Source of the DNA: an uncultured Nitrososphaeraceae archaeon
GTDB lineage: Archaea > Thermoproteota > Nitrososphaeria > Nitrososphaerales > Nitrososphaeraceae
Assembly (NCBI GenBank): GCA_963825865.1
Contig: CAWGVG010000057.1
Span: 1 to 64,000 of the forward strand
DNA: 64,000 bases
Reading direction: 5' to 3'
This document shows, in pieces, positions 44,540 to 56,269 of this stretch (the first letter of the stretch is position 1; every line of letters begins with the position of its first letter). The notes below the pieces were generated by a model that ran no database searches, was not told the DNA's origin, and worked only from the letters and a program-made list of their open reading frames with translations. Position numbers and translations under genes: made by a program.

Positions 44540-45665
44540 ATGCTAGTAGAAACACCGTCTAGGAAAGGTGTTTATAAAAGTATTCTTTTATTGTTAGTTG
44601 GTTCGTTGCTTTTACTTGGTGCATCATTATCTTCGACAACTAAATCCTATGCCCACTTTGGGCATTTAGCCCATTATAACACAGGAGGACTTGGACTAGG
44701 CAAGTATTATATTAATGAGCAAATAGATCCCGAATACACTCCTCCTGGGCAACCCAGTAAAATTAGCTTTAGTATACAAGATACTAATGGTAATGATGTA
44801 TATAATGTTGTGACTATGGTAGAGATTTATTCAGAAAGCACAGGGGAGAGGGTTAATGTGTATCCGTGGACAAAGCAAGATAGAGGAGATTTCGATTCTG
44901 TACTATGTCTTTCCCAGAGTAGGACTCTATGAAATAGTCATTAGTATTGCCGACGGTGCTAATAGTAATCGTGTAAACTTGTATGGTGTAGATCCTCCTA
45001 GAAGCATCCTTAGCAGTAACTTGAATTGCAATTGCGATAGAGCAGTTTTTAATATGTCTGTCTCTAATAATTTCGGAAATATCTTTAATTCGGCAGTATT
45101 TGGAGGAATAATATCCGCCATTGTTGTGTTTGGAGTAGTTTTGGTATTCACATATAGAAGTAGGATGAAAAGAAGAAGCACTAATGGTGATCTTTATCAA
45201 AATTTGACGAAAAACGAAATCATAAAATATTCGGTTCTTCTTTTAGCGATTTCATCCGGTATTGTACACCTAGCGGTTTATTCAGAACACGGTGGTCTTA
45301 GAATAGAGTATAGTATATTTTTATTAACTGCAGGGGCCACTCAGATTGCCTATAGTATGTTGTATACCTTGCTCACTATTACAGACCAATCATCTACAGG
45401 TCAAAGCAGAGAATTTGCAAAATTATATTATCGCAAAAGTGTAATAATCAACCTCTTTGGTTTGATAGGCAGTTCGGTGTTACTTGGACTTTATACGTAT
45501 TCGGTGACCCTCCCACCTCCTCTTTCACCAAATAATATACCAGAAGATATAGATTTTGGAGGAATATTGGACAAAGCTTTGGAACTTGCGTTGGTAATAG
45601 GAATCGTATACCTTATGAGGTCGGAAAAAAGAAATTTGCAAAGTCAATTCGTTCAGATAAAGTAA
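44540..45665 (+). CDS. Membrane protein with His-rich extracellular N-domain (one frameshift), adjacent to the cox operon
   Basis: Signal peptide, HFGHLAHY, an Ig-like extracellular region and ~5 TM helices with GIVHL. Confidence 0.7.
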
Positions 45666-46152
45666 ACCAATTACTTGCACAATACACTATTTGGTTCTTG
45701 CCTTTGGTATGTGGAATAGTAAATACGGCTGTATGTTCGGCTCATAGTAGGTTGGCTATACTCGCAATCATATCTGAGATGACTGTCATAATAATATGTT
45801 TTTTACAATATGTCTATTAATGAAATTATTAGAAGACATGCTCGCTTTAGTTATGCTATTAGAATAATACTTGAGTTAACGATGCTTGCAATTTTGAAAA
45901 TACTTAAAGGTGTAGTTGTGATAGCCAGATGATTGTTCATATTAATACAAATATGTAGTGAGCAATTGTATGGTAGTCCCAATCTGTGACTCTTAAATTC
46001 TACTAAAATCAAAATTTTATAAATTAGAATCTACTTATTTTGGTCTGAAAAATTATTTTTCACAATTCATATTAAATGACATTCACTGCTTTTTCAAAAG
46101 CCTTAAATTAGAAAAGAAAACTTAGTTTAGGATGAAAGCGAGATAATCGTAT

Positions 46153-46425
46153 ATGGCATTATCAAGTCGGGGTTGGGGTTTAATTTTAGCCGTCCTAGCT
46201 CCTCTTGTTGTGGTCTCTGTTATGAGTATTGTTGTCGGGCAGGCTTTTGGACAGGAGGCACAACAAATTATTACCAGAAGGGTGGAAATATGGGCATTGT
46301 TTTATAGAGGTATGGTAGCAGCTTTTGTTGTTGGAGCAGTAGTTCAGGGTAGTATTATCTATGTAGGTTGGCGATTCCGAGAGGGTAACAAAAAGAATCT
46401 GCCGATGGGCGGTGCGCATAGATAA
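46153..46425 (+). CDS. Small membrane subunit of the AOA heme-copper oxidase operon (subunit II TM1-like)
   Basis: Directly coupled to coxB (stop/start overlap). The IWALF...VGAVVQG.IIY..WRFRE helix resembles the first helix of CoxII. Confidence 0.7.
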   Translation: MALSSRGWGLILAVLAPLVVVSVMSIVVGQAFGQEAQQIITRRVEIWALFYRGMVAAFVVGAVVQGSIIYVGWRFREGNKKNLPMGGAHR

Positions 46426-47247
46426 TGGGGCATGCAACATATGAGTGGATATATGTTGCAGTTGTTATTGCACTTCTTACTTGGGTGGGTGCTGATGCTT
46501 GGAATGTTGAACACAAATTAGAGGTTGTTCCTGCTCAGGCTCAAGTTATTAAGGCCATAGGCCAGCAATGGTTTTGGACTTTTGAACATGCGAATGGGAC
46601 ACAAGAAGTCGGACAGCTTCATGTTAAAGCTGGCATACCTTACAGATTTGAAGTTGCTTCAAAAGATGTTATTCACTCATATAATGTTCCTGACTTTACT
46701 ATACTAATGGATGCAGTTCCAGGTAGAATTAACACAGTATGGAATATGTTTGACAAGCCTGGTGAATATTTGATTCAATGCAGGGAATATTGTGGTCTGC
46801 TTCATTACAATATGAGAGCAAAACTGTTTGTTGAACCAGCAAATGCACAAGGATATGATTACGCGCTTACTAATCAAACTCAAACAGCTGGAGGAGGAGG
46901 AGTAGCAGAACCTGCAAGTCCTGCTGCTACTACTTCAACAGTCTGCTACTGGACCAGTTTTAACTATTCCACAAGGTGCTTCTGTTCAGGGAAATCCAGC
47001 TTACAAGCCTGATCCTATGACCGTGAAGAAAGGTGATACTATACAAGTAGAAAACAAAGATACTACTCTTCATACAGTTACAAGTGGCAAAACTCTAGAA
47101 GATCCAAATAAAGGAAAGATGTTTGATACAAGTATGATCAACCCTGGCGCAACGGCTAAAATCTCGACTGCTAGTCTAAATCCCGGTGAATATCCCTTCC
47201 ACTGCGATGTACATCCCTACATGATAGGAACGCTGAAAGTACAGTAG
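46425..47247 (+). CDS. coxB: Heme-copper oxidase subunit II (CuA) with fused C-terminal type-1 copper domain (one frameshift near 46942)
   Basis: GQQWFW, DVIHS, DAVPGR and CREYCGLLHYNM, then an Ala/Gly/Thr linker, then HTVTSG...CDVHPYM. Confidence 0.88.
46943..47247 (+). repeat. 305-bp duplicated cupredoxin exon-like block, copy 1
   Basis: Matches 51238-51542 with only two substitutions seen. Confidence 0.95.
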
Positions 47248-47671
47248 TTATCACCATTGGCATTGCAATGACCTGTTACGCTAAATAGTATGTAATTTAT
47301 CCTTTCTTTATTATGAGGATCATTTACCTGTTTTCTTATTACTTTTGTGTTTACTAAATGAATTAGTATTATTATTCAATTCCACAATTATGGTCGCATA
47401 TATAGATTGTAAAAGGAACTAAATTCCCAATAACGTTGGAAATAGAGGGTTTCTGTTCAATTAAAAAATATGTACTTGCAAATTTAGAGGTCTATGATTA
47501 AATTAACTCCTTGTAGTCAGTTATCCCTTGCACATTCCTTATTTACAAAGAACACATGAGGATCCTTATTTTAGCTTGGGAAGTTGTTAACTTTAATATC
47601 ACCAAGATTATTTGATAGAGTTTCTGTCTTTGTTTCGGAATCCTTTCATATAGAAAAATTTGCTAACTAAC

Positions 47672-48855
47672 TGAGACTGGGGCATAAATTTCCTGTTCAT
47701 AAGTTTACCAACTTCTATCAATGGTTTTGAATAAAGCTACCTCAGGTGTTGGTGTTTTGGTGAACTACAGTCAAAAAATCCCAAAGACTAGCCTCAGGAT
47801 ATGTTTCAGAATCTATCCTAATTAGCATCTTGTATATGATAGGATTGATTCCATGGTCCAAATCACAACATAAGAAGAGAGGCAGACCATATGTCTATTC
47901 TCCAACTGTAATACTGAGATGTTTTGTAGTTAGGATATGGTTTAGACTGGATCCTAACAGAGCATTACATGATTTCCTTGCCATGGATTGTTATCCTTAC
48001 AATAGAAAGATAATGAAAGCATGTGGATTAACCAGTCTTCCTGATAGAAGGACATTTGACAGAAGGCTTTCGACAATATCTGTAAACATCAAAGAAATGA
48101 TATCAAGTATGGGAAATCTATTTGTAAACGAAAGATTAGTTGACCCATACATTGTTGCAATAGATAGTACATTGCTTAGAGCAAAGGACATCTCTGGCAC
48201 AAATCATCTATGATTGAAGGAGTAGTATCTCGTTCAGGTATTTGCAGATACAGATGCAAGATGGGGATTCAGTCACACCAAGGGATGGATATTTGGGTAC
48301 AAGCTGCATATAACAGCAAGTACTGGTTCTCTTATAATGCCACTATCGGTAGATTTTACTCAGGCTAATGTACAAGAAGATAATCAGATATATCCTACAA
48401 TAACATGCTCTTCATCACTTCCACAAGGAGTACATTACATGGCTCTGCTGATTCTGGATATGATGACCATAAGCTGTATAATTTGAGCATAGGCAGAGGA
48501 TTTGAGCTGGTATGTCCAGTATCAGAAATATACAACAATACTTCAAGTGACAGACTGCAATTGATAGAATTCTATGAATCTAAATTAGGACAGATAATTT
48601 ATTCTTGGAGAGGCATATCGGTAGAGCCGTTAATAGAACACATCAAAGATGTCTTCAAAATAGATCCCTTGCCAGTAAGAGGTACCAGAAAGCAGCTGGA
48701 CTAGTATTGCTATCAGTACTACTCTACCAAATCATTGTTTATTACAATTGTAAGACATGCAAAGAACATCCAAAAGCAATCAAACACATGTTAGTAAGCT
48801 AATGAACAACAAAACTAACTTGAAAATTGCATGATCAAATTATGCCCCACTCTCA
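47672..48855 (+). mobile_element. IS element (DDE_Tnp_1, IS5-like) with a fragmented transposase
   Basis: Terminal inverted repeats TGAGACTGGGGCATAAATT and (reverse complement) TGAGAGTGGGGCATAATTT. Motifs RGRP, IDST, DTDARWG, GYKLH, ADSGYD and R..VE..IEHIK occur in several frames. Confidence 0.85.
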
Positions 48856-49113
48856 AATAGTTAGTATAGCGGCTATAGTTGGTTCAGTTATTAGGGTCGT
48901 TAGTTTGACTTTATACTTACAGGAAAATTAATGATTGAGAAACCTGATATCATTGTTGATACATATATATATATATATATTCAAGAAGGAGAATTTAGAA
49001 CTTGATAGGTTCCCATTAAAACTGGTAAGGAATATACATTTTTGGCTCGCATAAAACAAAATACTTTTATTGATATTATGATCCATACTAATAGCAAATA
49101 GGTGGATATGTGA

Positions 49114-50637
49114 GTGGTATTAGAGGTTAAAAAACCGCGTCCGATGTGGGAGATTCTCTTCTCAACTCACCACACAGATATTGGCCTGCTTTACATGATG
49201 ACGTCTATTGCATTTCTAATGATAGGTGGTGCCTTGGCGCTTGCTATACGGTCAGAATTGTTTCTGCCAGGTCAGCAAATATTTCAAAGTCCTAATGATT
49301 TTGAGCGATTCTTCACAGTACACGGAACTACAATGCTGCTGTTATGGGTTATTCCTTTTGGAGCTGGTATAGGAAACTACCTAATTCCAATTATGGTCAG
49401 ATACAAAGATATGGCGTGGCCTAAACTAAACGCTGTAGCGTATTGGATGATACCTGTTGCAGGAGCGCTAATATGGCTCGGGTTCTCAGACACTGGCTGG
49501 ACTGCCTATCCTCCATATTCTATTATTAGAGGAGCAGGGCCTGCAACTGATATGTGGATCTTTGGTATGAAAATCTTGGGTATTTCATCTATACTTGGTT
49601 CGATTAATTTTGTAGTTACAATTCTTAAAATGAAGCACCCCGATTTGCCAATAATGAAAATGTCATTATTTGCTTGGGCTACACTAATGACATCCTTCAT
49701 GATCATCGTTTCAATGCCAACGGTTACATCTGCTCTTATTATGATGTATACTGATCGACTTGGCATATCTGGTTTCTTCAACCCCGCTATGGGTGGCGAT
49801 CCTATTGCATACCAGCACTTGTTCTGGTTTACATTCCATCCCGAAGTGTATATTTTCTTAATACCTGCTGTAGGTATGGCATATGAGCTTATACCTAAGT
49901 TCTCTAGAAAACCAATCTTTAGTTATCAATCCGGAGTAGTCGCCTTCATACTCTTGGGTACCATTGGATTTGCATCCTGGGCTCATCACATGTTCGCTAC
50001 TGGGATGAGCTTTACTGAAAAGACTGTATTTATGGTAGGAACACTGGCTGCTGTACCTGCTTCATCTATGCATGTATTCAACTGGATTGCAACGATGTGG
50101 GGTGGAAGGATCAAGTTTGCAGCGCCTATGTTATTTACAGTGGGTGGTATAATGCTATTCTTTACTTCTGGTGCTGGAGGAGTGGTAAATACAGCCATGC
50201 CGTTGGACTTTATTACACACGATAGTTATTTTGTAGTAGGACACTTCCACTTATTGTTAATGGGAACCGTCTCTCTAATATTTACGGGCTTCATATATTA
50301 CATGTTCCCGTTAATTACAGGCCGAATGTACAATGAAAAGTTGGCAAAGATACATTTTGTATTAGCATTCGTGGGTATTATACTTGTATTCATGACTCAA
50401 CACTTGCTGGGATTATATGGAATGCCAAGAAGAGTCTTTGACTATCTGCCAATTCCCCAACTAATCATTATGAACCAAATTGCATCGATAGGCGCATGGA
50501 TAGTCGGGCCTTCGTATGTGATCATGCTTTACAACCTGATAAAGAGCGCAGGAAGTGGTAAACATGCCGATATGAGAGATCCGTTCAAGATTGGAGAGGA
50601 ATATTATGACTACACACGACGAGAGCCCCATCATTAG
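49114..50637 (+). CDS. coxA: Heme-copper oxidase subunit I
   Basis: TVHG, WTAYPP, WFTFHPEVYI, WAHHM, HDSYFVVGHFH and GMPRR motifs. Confidence 0.97.
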   Translation: MVLEVKKPRPMWEILFSTHHTDIGLLYMMTSIAFLMIGGALALAIRSELFLPGQQIFQSPNDFERFFTVHGTTMLLLWVIPFGAGIGNYLIPIMVRYKDMAWPKLNAVAYWMIPVAGALIWLGFSDTGWTAYPPYSIIRGAGPATDMWIFGMKILGISSILGSINFVVTILKMKHPDLPIMKMSLFAWATLMTSFMIIVSMPTVTSALIMMYTDRLGISGFFNPAMGGDPIAYQHLFWFTFHPEVYIFLIPAVGMAYELIPKFSRKPIFSYQSGVVAFILLGTIGFASWAHHMFATGMSFTEKTVFMVGTLAAVPASSMHVFNWIATMWGGRIKFAAPMLFTVGGIMLFFTSGAGGVVNTAMPLDFITHDSYFVVGHFHLLLMGTVSLIFTGFIYYMFPLITGRMYNEKLAKIHFVLAFVGIILVFMTQHLLGLYGMPRRVFDYLPIPQLIIMNQIASIGAWIVGPSYVIMLYNLIKSAGSGKHADMRDPFKIGEEYYDYTRREPHH

Positions 50638-51542
50638 AACTACTACAAAACGTATGGCACAAGGCCTCGCAATCATAGTGATTGTGATGGCAGTAGCCGC
50701 AGCCATAGCGGTACCTAATTGGCACAATTTTGCAAAAAATCCACCACCCGTTTCAACGATTACAACTCAAACAACGGCAACTGGAGGAGGAGGCGGTGGT
50801 GGAGGTGCTTCTACTACCACCAGTGGAGGTGCGACCCAAAGTTCTCAGCCTACAGCCCTACCACCAGGTGCTACAGCCATAACTATTTTGGCAGGTGCTT
50901 CTGTTCAGGGAAATCCAAATTATAATCCATCAGACGGTAAAGTACCACTTAATAGTAAGATAGTCTGGCAGAACAAAGATAATACTGTCCACACAGCAAC
51001 GTCTGGCTCTGGTCCTTCAGATGCAAATTCAGGCAAAATATTTGATACAAAGATGCTCAATGCTGGGTCAAGCTCTACTCCACAAGAACTTAAGGGTGTA
51101 AAGGTAGGCGACGCAGTACCATATTATTGTCAAATTCATCCTTATATGACTGCAAAACTGACGGTGACTGCTGCCTTCAACTACTAGTGGCAGCGGAGGA
51201 GCTAGTTCTGCAGGGTCTACAGCCGCTACGGGAGCAGCTGCTACTGGACCAGTTTTAACTATTCCACAAGGTGCTTCTGTTCAGGGGAATCCAGCTTACA
51301 AGCCTGATCCTATGACCGTGAAGAAAGGTGATACTATACAAGTAGAAAACAAAGATACTACTCTTCATACAGTTACAAGTGGCAAAACTCTAGAAGATCC
51401 AAATAAAGGAAAGATGTTTGATACAAGTATGATCAACCCTGGCGCAACGGCTAAAATCTCGACTGCTAGTCTAAATCCCGGTGAATATCCATTCCACTGC
51501 GATGTACATCCCTACATGATAGGAACGCTGAAAGTACAGTAG
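50606..51542 (+). CDS. Membrane-anchored blue (type-1) copper protein with two cupredoxin domains (one frameshift near 51177)
   Basis: TM anchor, Gly/Thr linker, HTATSG...CQIHPYM, a second linker and HTVTSG...CDVHPYM. Confidence 0.88.
51238..51542 (+). repeat. 305-bp duplicated cupredoxin block, copy 2
   Basis: Near-identical to 46943-47247, and encodes the same 76-aa ORF. Confidence 0.95.
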
Positions 51543-51622
51543 CAGGCTATTTGTTTGCTCCTCTACCGATTATGTCGAATATGAATGTTAAAGATGACAA
51601 GAACTATGGTAAATAAGAAAAA

Positions 51623-52102
51623 ATGATCCTCAAAACTCTTTCTTGTGTCACACTTGGATCTGTCTTTACCCTTATGTTTATAGGAGGTTATGTCAGTGCT
51701 TCTGGAGTAGGATTGACGTGTCCTAAATGGCCGCTATGTCCTGCAGGCTTTGTACCAATGCAAGAATTTGTTATTGAATATTTCCATAGATCAGTTGCCG
51801 CTACAACCGCATTGTTAGTGTTTGTTACTACTGCTTTCACTCTGAAATCCAGAGTTAGTCCAAAGGGAATGAAAATAGCCTTGATAGTTGCTAGCTGTGC
51901 TGCGATAGGTCAAATAAGCCTAGGAGCAATAGTAATAATAGAACGATTACATGCTGTTTTAGTAACGATACATCTTGGAGTTGGACTTGTACTATTCGCA
52001 ATGATGTTGATTTCTGTATCCTATTCATATAGATTGGATAACAAAAAGAGCAAAACGATATCAGACAGCTCTTCTTTACGAACCACTACAACTAATCCAT
52101 AA
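51623..52102 (+). CDS. ctaA: COX15/CtaA-family heme A synthase (short 4-TM archaeal type)
   Basis: GGYVS..G.GL.CPKWPLC, EYFHR, Q..LG and IHLG motifs. Confidence 0.88.
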   Translation: MILKTLSCVTLGSVFTLMFIGGYVSASGVGLTCPKWPLCPAGFVPMQEFVIEYFHRSVAATTALLVFVTTAFTLKSRVSPKGMKIALIVASCAAIGQISLGAIVIIERLHAVLVTIHLGVGLVLFAMMLISVSYSYRLDNKKSKTISDSSSLRTTTTNP

Positions 52103-52222
52103 GTGATTTGTAACTGACATTTTTAAAATATGAGTCTCAACCAAAAAATGTATCGTAAAAAATCCACGATTACTTCAGTAAAACGTAAAACATAAAACCC
52201 CTCAATACTTACCCAATTTCCT

Positions 52223-53176
52223 ATGTGGAAAGTGTTGACTCCAAAAAAAATAGCTTTTGGCGAAAATGCTGCCAGAGATTTTGAATATCCAAAGAACTCT
52301 CTAATTATTACAACTACCACTCCTGATATTTACAACAAGTGGATAAATTATATGGGAATAAAGAACTATGAAATTTATGACAAGGTTACGCCTGACCCTG
52401 CAATTGAAACTATTGAAACCATAAGAAAGAAATACGAAGGTAGGAAGAACATTTCTGCATATATAGGACTTGGAGGAGGAAGCTCGTTGGATGTATGCAA
52501 ATATCTTGGCAAACTTACTGGCATTCCAAAGATCCTTATTCCAACAACTTTTGGAACGGGAGCAGAAATGACAACTTATGCTGTTATAAGTTTCGAGCAC
52601 AAGAAAAAATTATTACAAGATGAGGCATTCCTGGCAGACGCTGCTATTGTTGATCCATATTTTTTGCCTGGAACACCATTTAATATCATGAGGAATTCAG
52701 CATGTGACGCCGCAGCTCAGGCATCAGAAGGCCATGATAGTAAACTTGGGAATCCATTTACAAAACTATTTTGTAGAGAAGCATTTGATATTTTAGAAGA
52801 CGCAATCATTAATGACAAACCACATTTGCTGCCTTACGGTGCGATGCTATCTGGAATTGGATTTGGTAATTCGTCAACAACATTAGGGCATGCACTTTCA
52901 TACGTATTTTCAAATGAAGGTGTTCCACATGGTTATTCGCTGTCGTCATGTACGACGGTAGCACACAGGTTCAACAAATCAATCTATTATGAACGATTTA
53001 AAAGAATTTGTCAAAAATTAAAGTTTGAGCCATTAAAATTAAAACAGTCATTTGATGATGCAGCTGATGTAATTATGACAGATAGAGGACATTTGGACAA
53101 CAATCCTATTCCTGTTACAAGACAAGATATAATAAAATGTCTAGATGAGATCGTAAATCAGAATCCATTAACCTGA
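52223..53176 (+). CDS. Iron-containing alcohol dehydrogenase, probable malonic semialdehyde reductase of the thaumarchaeal 3HP/4HB cycle
   Basis: GLGGGS, IPTTFGTGAEMT and GHALSYVFSNEGVPHG. From memory it resembles the Nitrosopumilus enzyme. No search was run. Confidence 0.8.
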   Translation: MWKVLTPKKIAFGENAARDFEYPKNSLIITTTTPDIYNKWINYMGIKNYEIYDKVTPDPAIETIETIRKKYEGRKNISAYIGLGGGSSLDVCKYLGKLTGIPKILIPTTFGTGAEMTTYAVISFEHKKKLLQDEAFLADAAIVDPYFLPGTPFNIMRNSACDAAAQASEGHDSKLGNPFTKLFCREAFDILEDAIINDKPHLLPYGAMLSGIGFGNSSTTLGHALSYVFSNEGVPHGYSLSSCTTVAHRFNKSIYYERFKRICQKLKFEPLKLKQSFDDAADVIMTDRGHLDNNPIPVTRQDIIKCLDEIVNQNPLT

Positions 53177-53440
53177 ACAATACATATATGTGCATAACAT
53201 GATGTGAGCCAAAATCTTCAAGATGGCTATGTTTTTTTAAAATAACATCTGAATAAATTATCGTCGTATATTGAATTGCGTGAGTTTCTCTTAATATTAT
53301 GAAAATACGATAAAGGCTAATTATTAATTTCGTATTTCCTTTAAGATGATGGTATATGAGAAACCATCGGGTGTTGTCATGACGACAAAATTTTACAAGA
53401 AACCTTTAAATTCAGTTCACAGACTTATTTTTCATATATT

Positions 53441-54053
53441 ATGACTACTATTAGCAAGAGTCTCGAAATTAATGCCCCTGTCAGGTGAAGTGTTCACCTA
53501 TTTTGCCAGACCTGAACACATGGCGGATCAATTCCCAGAGAATATGGGCCTGAACATTCTTCCAATAGAAGTAAAAAATGGCTTTGGCGTTGGCACTATT
53601 TTTAGAATTAGTGGTGATTTTGATGGTAAGAAATTAGAGTGGGATTGTGAAACTATTGATTACATACCACATCGTAAAATTATTGCACAGATGATTGAAG
53701 GTCCATTCAAACGCTGGCAAATTACAGTTCAATTTGAAGAGGTTACTGAAAGAAAGACAAAGACAAGCATCACTGTTGATTACGATATGCCAATGGGTCC
53801 TCTTGGTGGACTAATGGATAAGGTAAAGCTAAAGAAGATCGCAGAAAGAGGAATAGAAAACGGTCTATATAGGGTAAAGGCCTTACTTGAAGGAACCGGC
53901 TCAATTCCAGTATATATTACACTGGAAGCTTATAGACAGGTTCTTAAGGAAAAAGAAAGACTGAAATGCTCTGTTTCTGATGCTATAGTTAGGCTTATTG
54001 AAGATAAACAACAACAACAACAACAACAGCAAACAGCAAAAGTTTCTCAGTAA
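53441..54053 (+). CDS. SRPBCC (START-like) domain protein with C-terminal RHH-like tail and polyQ (5' frameshift)
   Basis: MTTISKSLEINAPV...GPFKRW...YDMPMGPLG, ending in a (CAA)n tract. Confidence 0.8.
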
Positions 54054-54148
54054 AACTTTTCATATCTTTACTTTCTGTTCTATATCATGAATAATTTCTG
54101 ATATTTGCGAAACCACCTGTTTCTATACAGGATTTTTCTAGGAAGATA

Positions 54149-54931
54149 TTATAATCTCCTTTTCAAAAAAGAATCAGAATTCTTTTTAATGATATCTTTG
54201 GCTTCCTCATATGTCATTTCAAGTACATCAGCAGCACAACTTACAACACTTATCAAAAAGGAGCTGGATAGCGACGTAAGATTTTTAAAACATCTAGAAT
54301 ATTTTACAGGCCCGTCAGTTTCAACAAGAAATCTATCTCTGTCCGTATTCTTCAGTAAGACTTTCTTCTCATCTGAGTAAACCAAAACGGGTCCATATGA
54401 AACGTACAAGCCCATATCCATAATTTTATTTAATTGCCTCTTGCTTCCGGCAAACCAGTGCAAAAGCACATTTCCAGTGTTATATGTCTTCAAAATTTCC
54501 AGTATGTCATCTAATGATTTTCTGGAATGGATTGAAACTGGTTTTTTGGTCGTTTCAGAAAGGCTGAGCATAGAGTTAAAAACTTCTCTCTGTTTTTCAT
54601 ATGAACTTTTATTATTATATTCTAAATATGTGCGATCAAGACCGATCTCACCAATACCGTCAATCATGGCAATATTGTTATTAAAAATTTTAATAAATTC
54701 CGAAACATCTTCTGTATCCGCAAATTCCGGATGTATTCCAATAAATTGCGTCACAACGTCGCGGGTTGAATCGTTAAAAAGCTCAAAACTTCTAAGGGAA
54801 GTTTTAATGTCTACAGTTACCGAACATGCGTTAATTTTTAACGCTCTCAGGTTATTAAGAATTTGTTGTATGTATCCAGAATATTCATGGTCGGTTAAAT
54901 GGATGTGTGCATCAAATAATAATTGCTGCAA
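54149..54931 (-). CDS. tatD: TatD-family DNase
   Basis: DAHIHL, GIHP, GEIGLD, IHSR, LHWF and ETDGP motifs. Confidence 0.93.
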   Translation of the reverse strand: MQQLLFDAHIHLTDHEYSGYIQQILNNLRALKINACSVTVDIKTSLRSFELFNDSTRDVVTQFIGIHPEFADTEDVSEFIKIFNNNIAMIDGIGEIGLDRTYLEYNNKSSYEKQREVFNSMLSLSETTKKPVSIHSRKSLDDILEILKTYNTGNVLLHWFAGSKRQLNKIMDMGLYVSYGPVLVYSDEKKVLLKNTDRDRFLVETDGPVKYSRCFKNLTSLSSSFLISVVSCAADVLEMTYEEAKDIIKKNSDSFLKRRL

Positions 54932-55329
54932 ATGATCCTACTATGATGTCACTGATAAAATAACCTTTGTAGAAGTATAATATATTGGTGTTTTCCCTAT
55001 CAAATTTAGGCGCTTAGATACCTAAAATGCTGTAGCATTATTAAATGCGATTGTCTGTATCTATACCACATTTTAGCTAGCAATATAATATCTAGACTAA
55101 AAAAACAGCATTAGCTTAAACATTACAACGTCCTATGACAAGAAAAGAGAAAATGATGGTTGAACAGAACTGTGTTTATAATGGACAGCGGATCCATGCA
55201 GAAGTTTGTTGTTATCTTGGCCTTCATGAGCTACTTCTAGAGAGAGAAAAGAATGGACATAAAAAAATGTAAGAAAAGACTCAACTATGCTCAAAGCTAA
55301 TTATCGTTTTGATTATTGCTAACAGCGAT

Positions 55330-55668
55330 CTAATAAAGTACGGTAACGAATATTGATAAAGTCATTTTGCTCGAGAAATAGAGACTTCTATTGTAGAAAC
55401 GTTTCGAGGCCTGCCATCTTGAGATTGTACCTATTTCAGAGCCTATCTTTACAGGACCGATCTTGTAACCTAAAGTATCCATTCTTTTTACAATTATCTG
55501 TGCAACATCAACAGCTCTTGTTATGCTCTTTCCTCTAGCTTTTATAACTACAACCGGCTCATTAGCAAGTTGCACCAGAGTTGCAGTAACATAAGTCATC
55601 AGTGGTTTTTTCCCCACAAAAATCTCATTATTTGCTTTGTTTTCTGTATTTGCGTTGCTTGTCGTCAT
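55330..55668 (-). CDS. albA: DNA/RNA-binding protein Alba (3' frameshift)
   Basis: IFVGKKPLMTYV, KARGKSITRAVDVA and IGSE motifs. Confidence 0.93.
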   Translation of the reverse strand: MTTSNANTENKANNEIFVGKKPLMTYVTATLVQLANEPVVVIKARGKSITRAVDVAQIIVKRMDTLGYKIGPVKIGSEIGTISRWQASKRFYNRSLYFSSKMTLSIFVTVLY

Positions 55669-55734
55669 TATTCAAAATTATCTCTTATGGTAGAATATAA
55701 TGTTTGTTGATTATTGGTTCCATAATTATGTAAT

Positions 55735-55956
55735 TCAGCAATACTTTCTTAATATATTTTCAATGTCCATTGGATTTGCAGAGATTTCCTTTACAGCCAT
55801 GGGATCTTCAACTTCATAACAGTGAAGTAATTCTTGCTCATCCTTGTAGAAGAGGAAAACCCTTTTCTCAAATATGCAATGATATAATTGATCAACCATC
55901 ATTTTTTCCAGTTGCAATTTAATGCCATCAGACTGAACTATTACAGGATATTCCAA
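55735..55956 (-). CDS. Small conserved hypothetical protein
   Basis: YHCIF..RVFLFYKDEQELLHCYEV pattern. Confidence 0.65.
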   Translation of the reverse strand: MEYPVIVQSDGIKLQLEKMMVDQLYHCIFEKRVFLFYKDEQELLHCYEVEDPMAVKEISANPMDIENILRKYC

Positions 55957-56269
55957 GATAGATATGGACTATTCGTTAAAGGTAAAGAAAAATCTATCTA
56001 ATATAAAGTAAAATATTTCTAAATTCACATCATGATCTCATCTAAAGCCAAAGATAAAACTACTTACAAAATTTATTTTAGTGTTCTAGTGAATAACTAG
56101 TATGTATAGATTAACGATGTTGGTTTCTTTCTAATATGGAAAGAAGGTTAATTATTATTATTATCTCCTACTTCTTACATCATCTACTATACTTCACCTT
56201 TTATTTTTCCTATTCTATTAACGGAACAGAAACTTACAATCTTCTATTAAGGAGTTAACTTTCTTCCTT

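Noticed and set aside
48962-48980. (AT)n run, and similar runs at ~14405, ~27674 and ~42833
   Set aside because: Simple microsatellites that are common in this AT-rich DNA, with no evidence of function.
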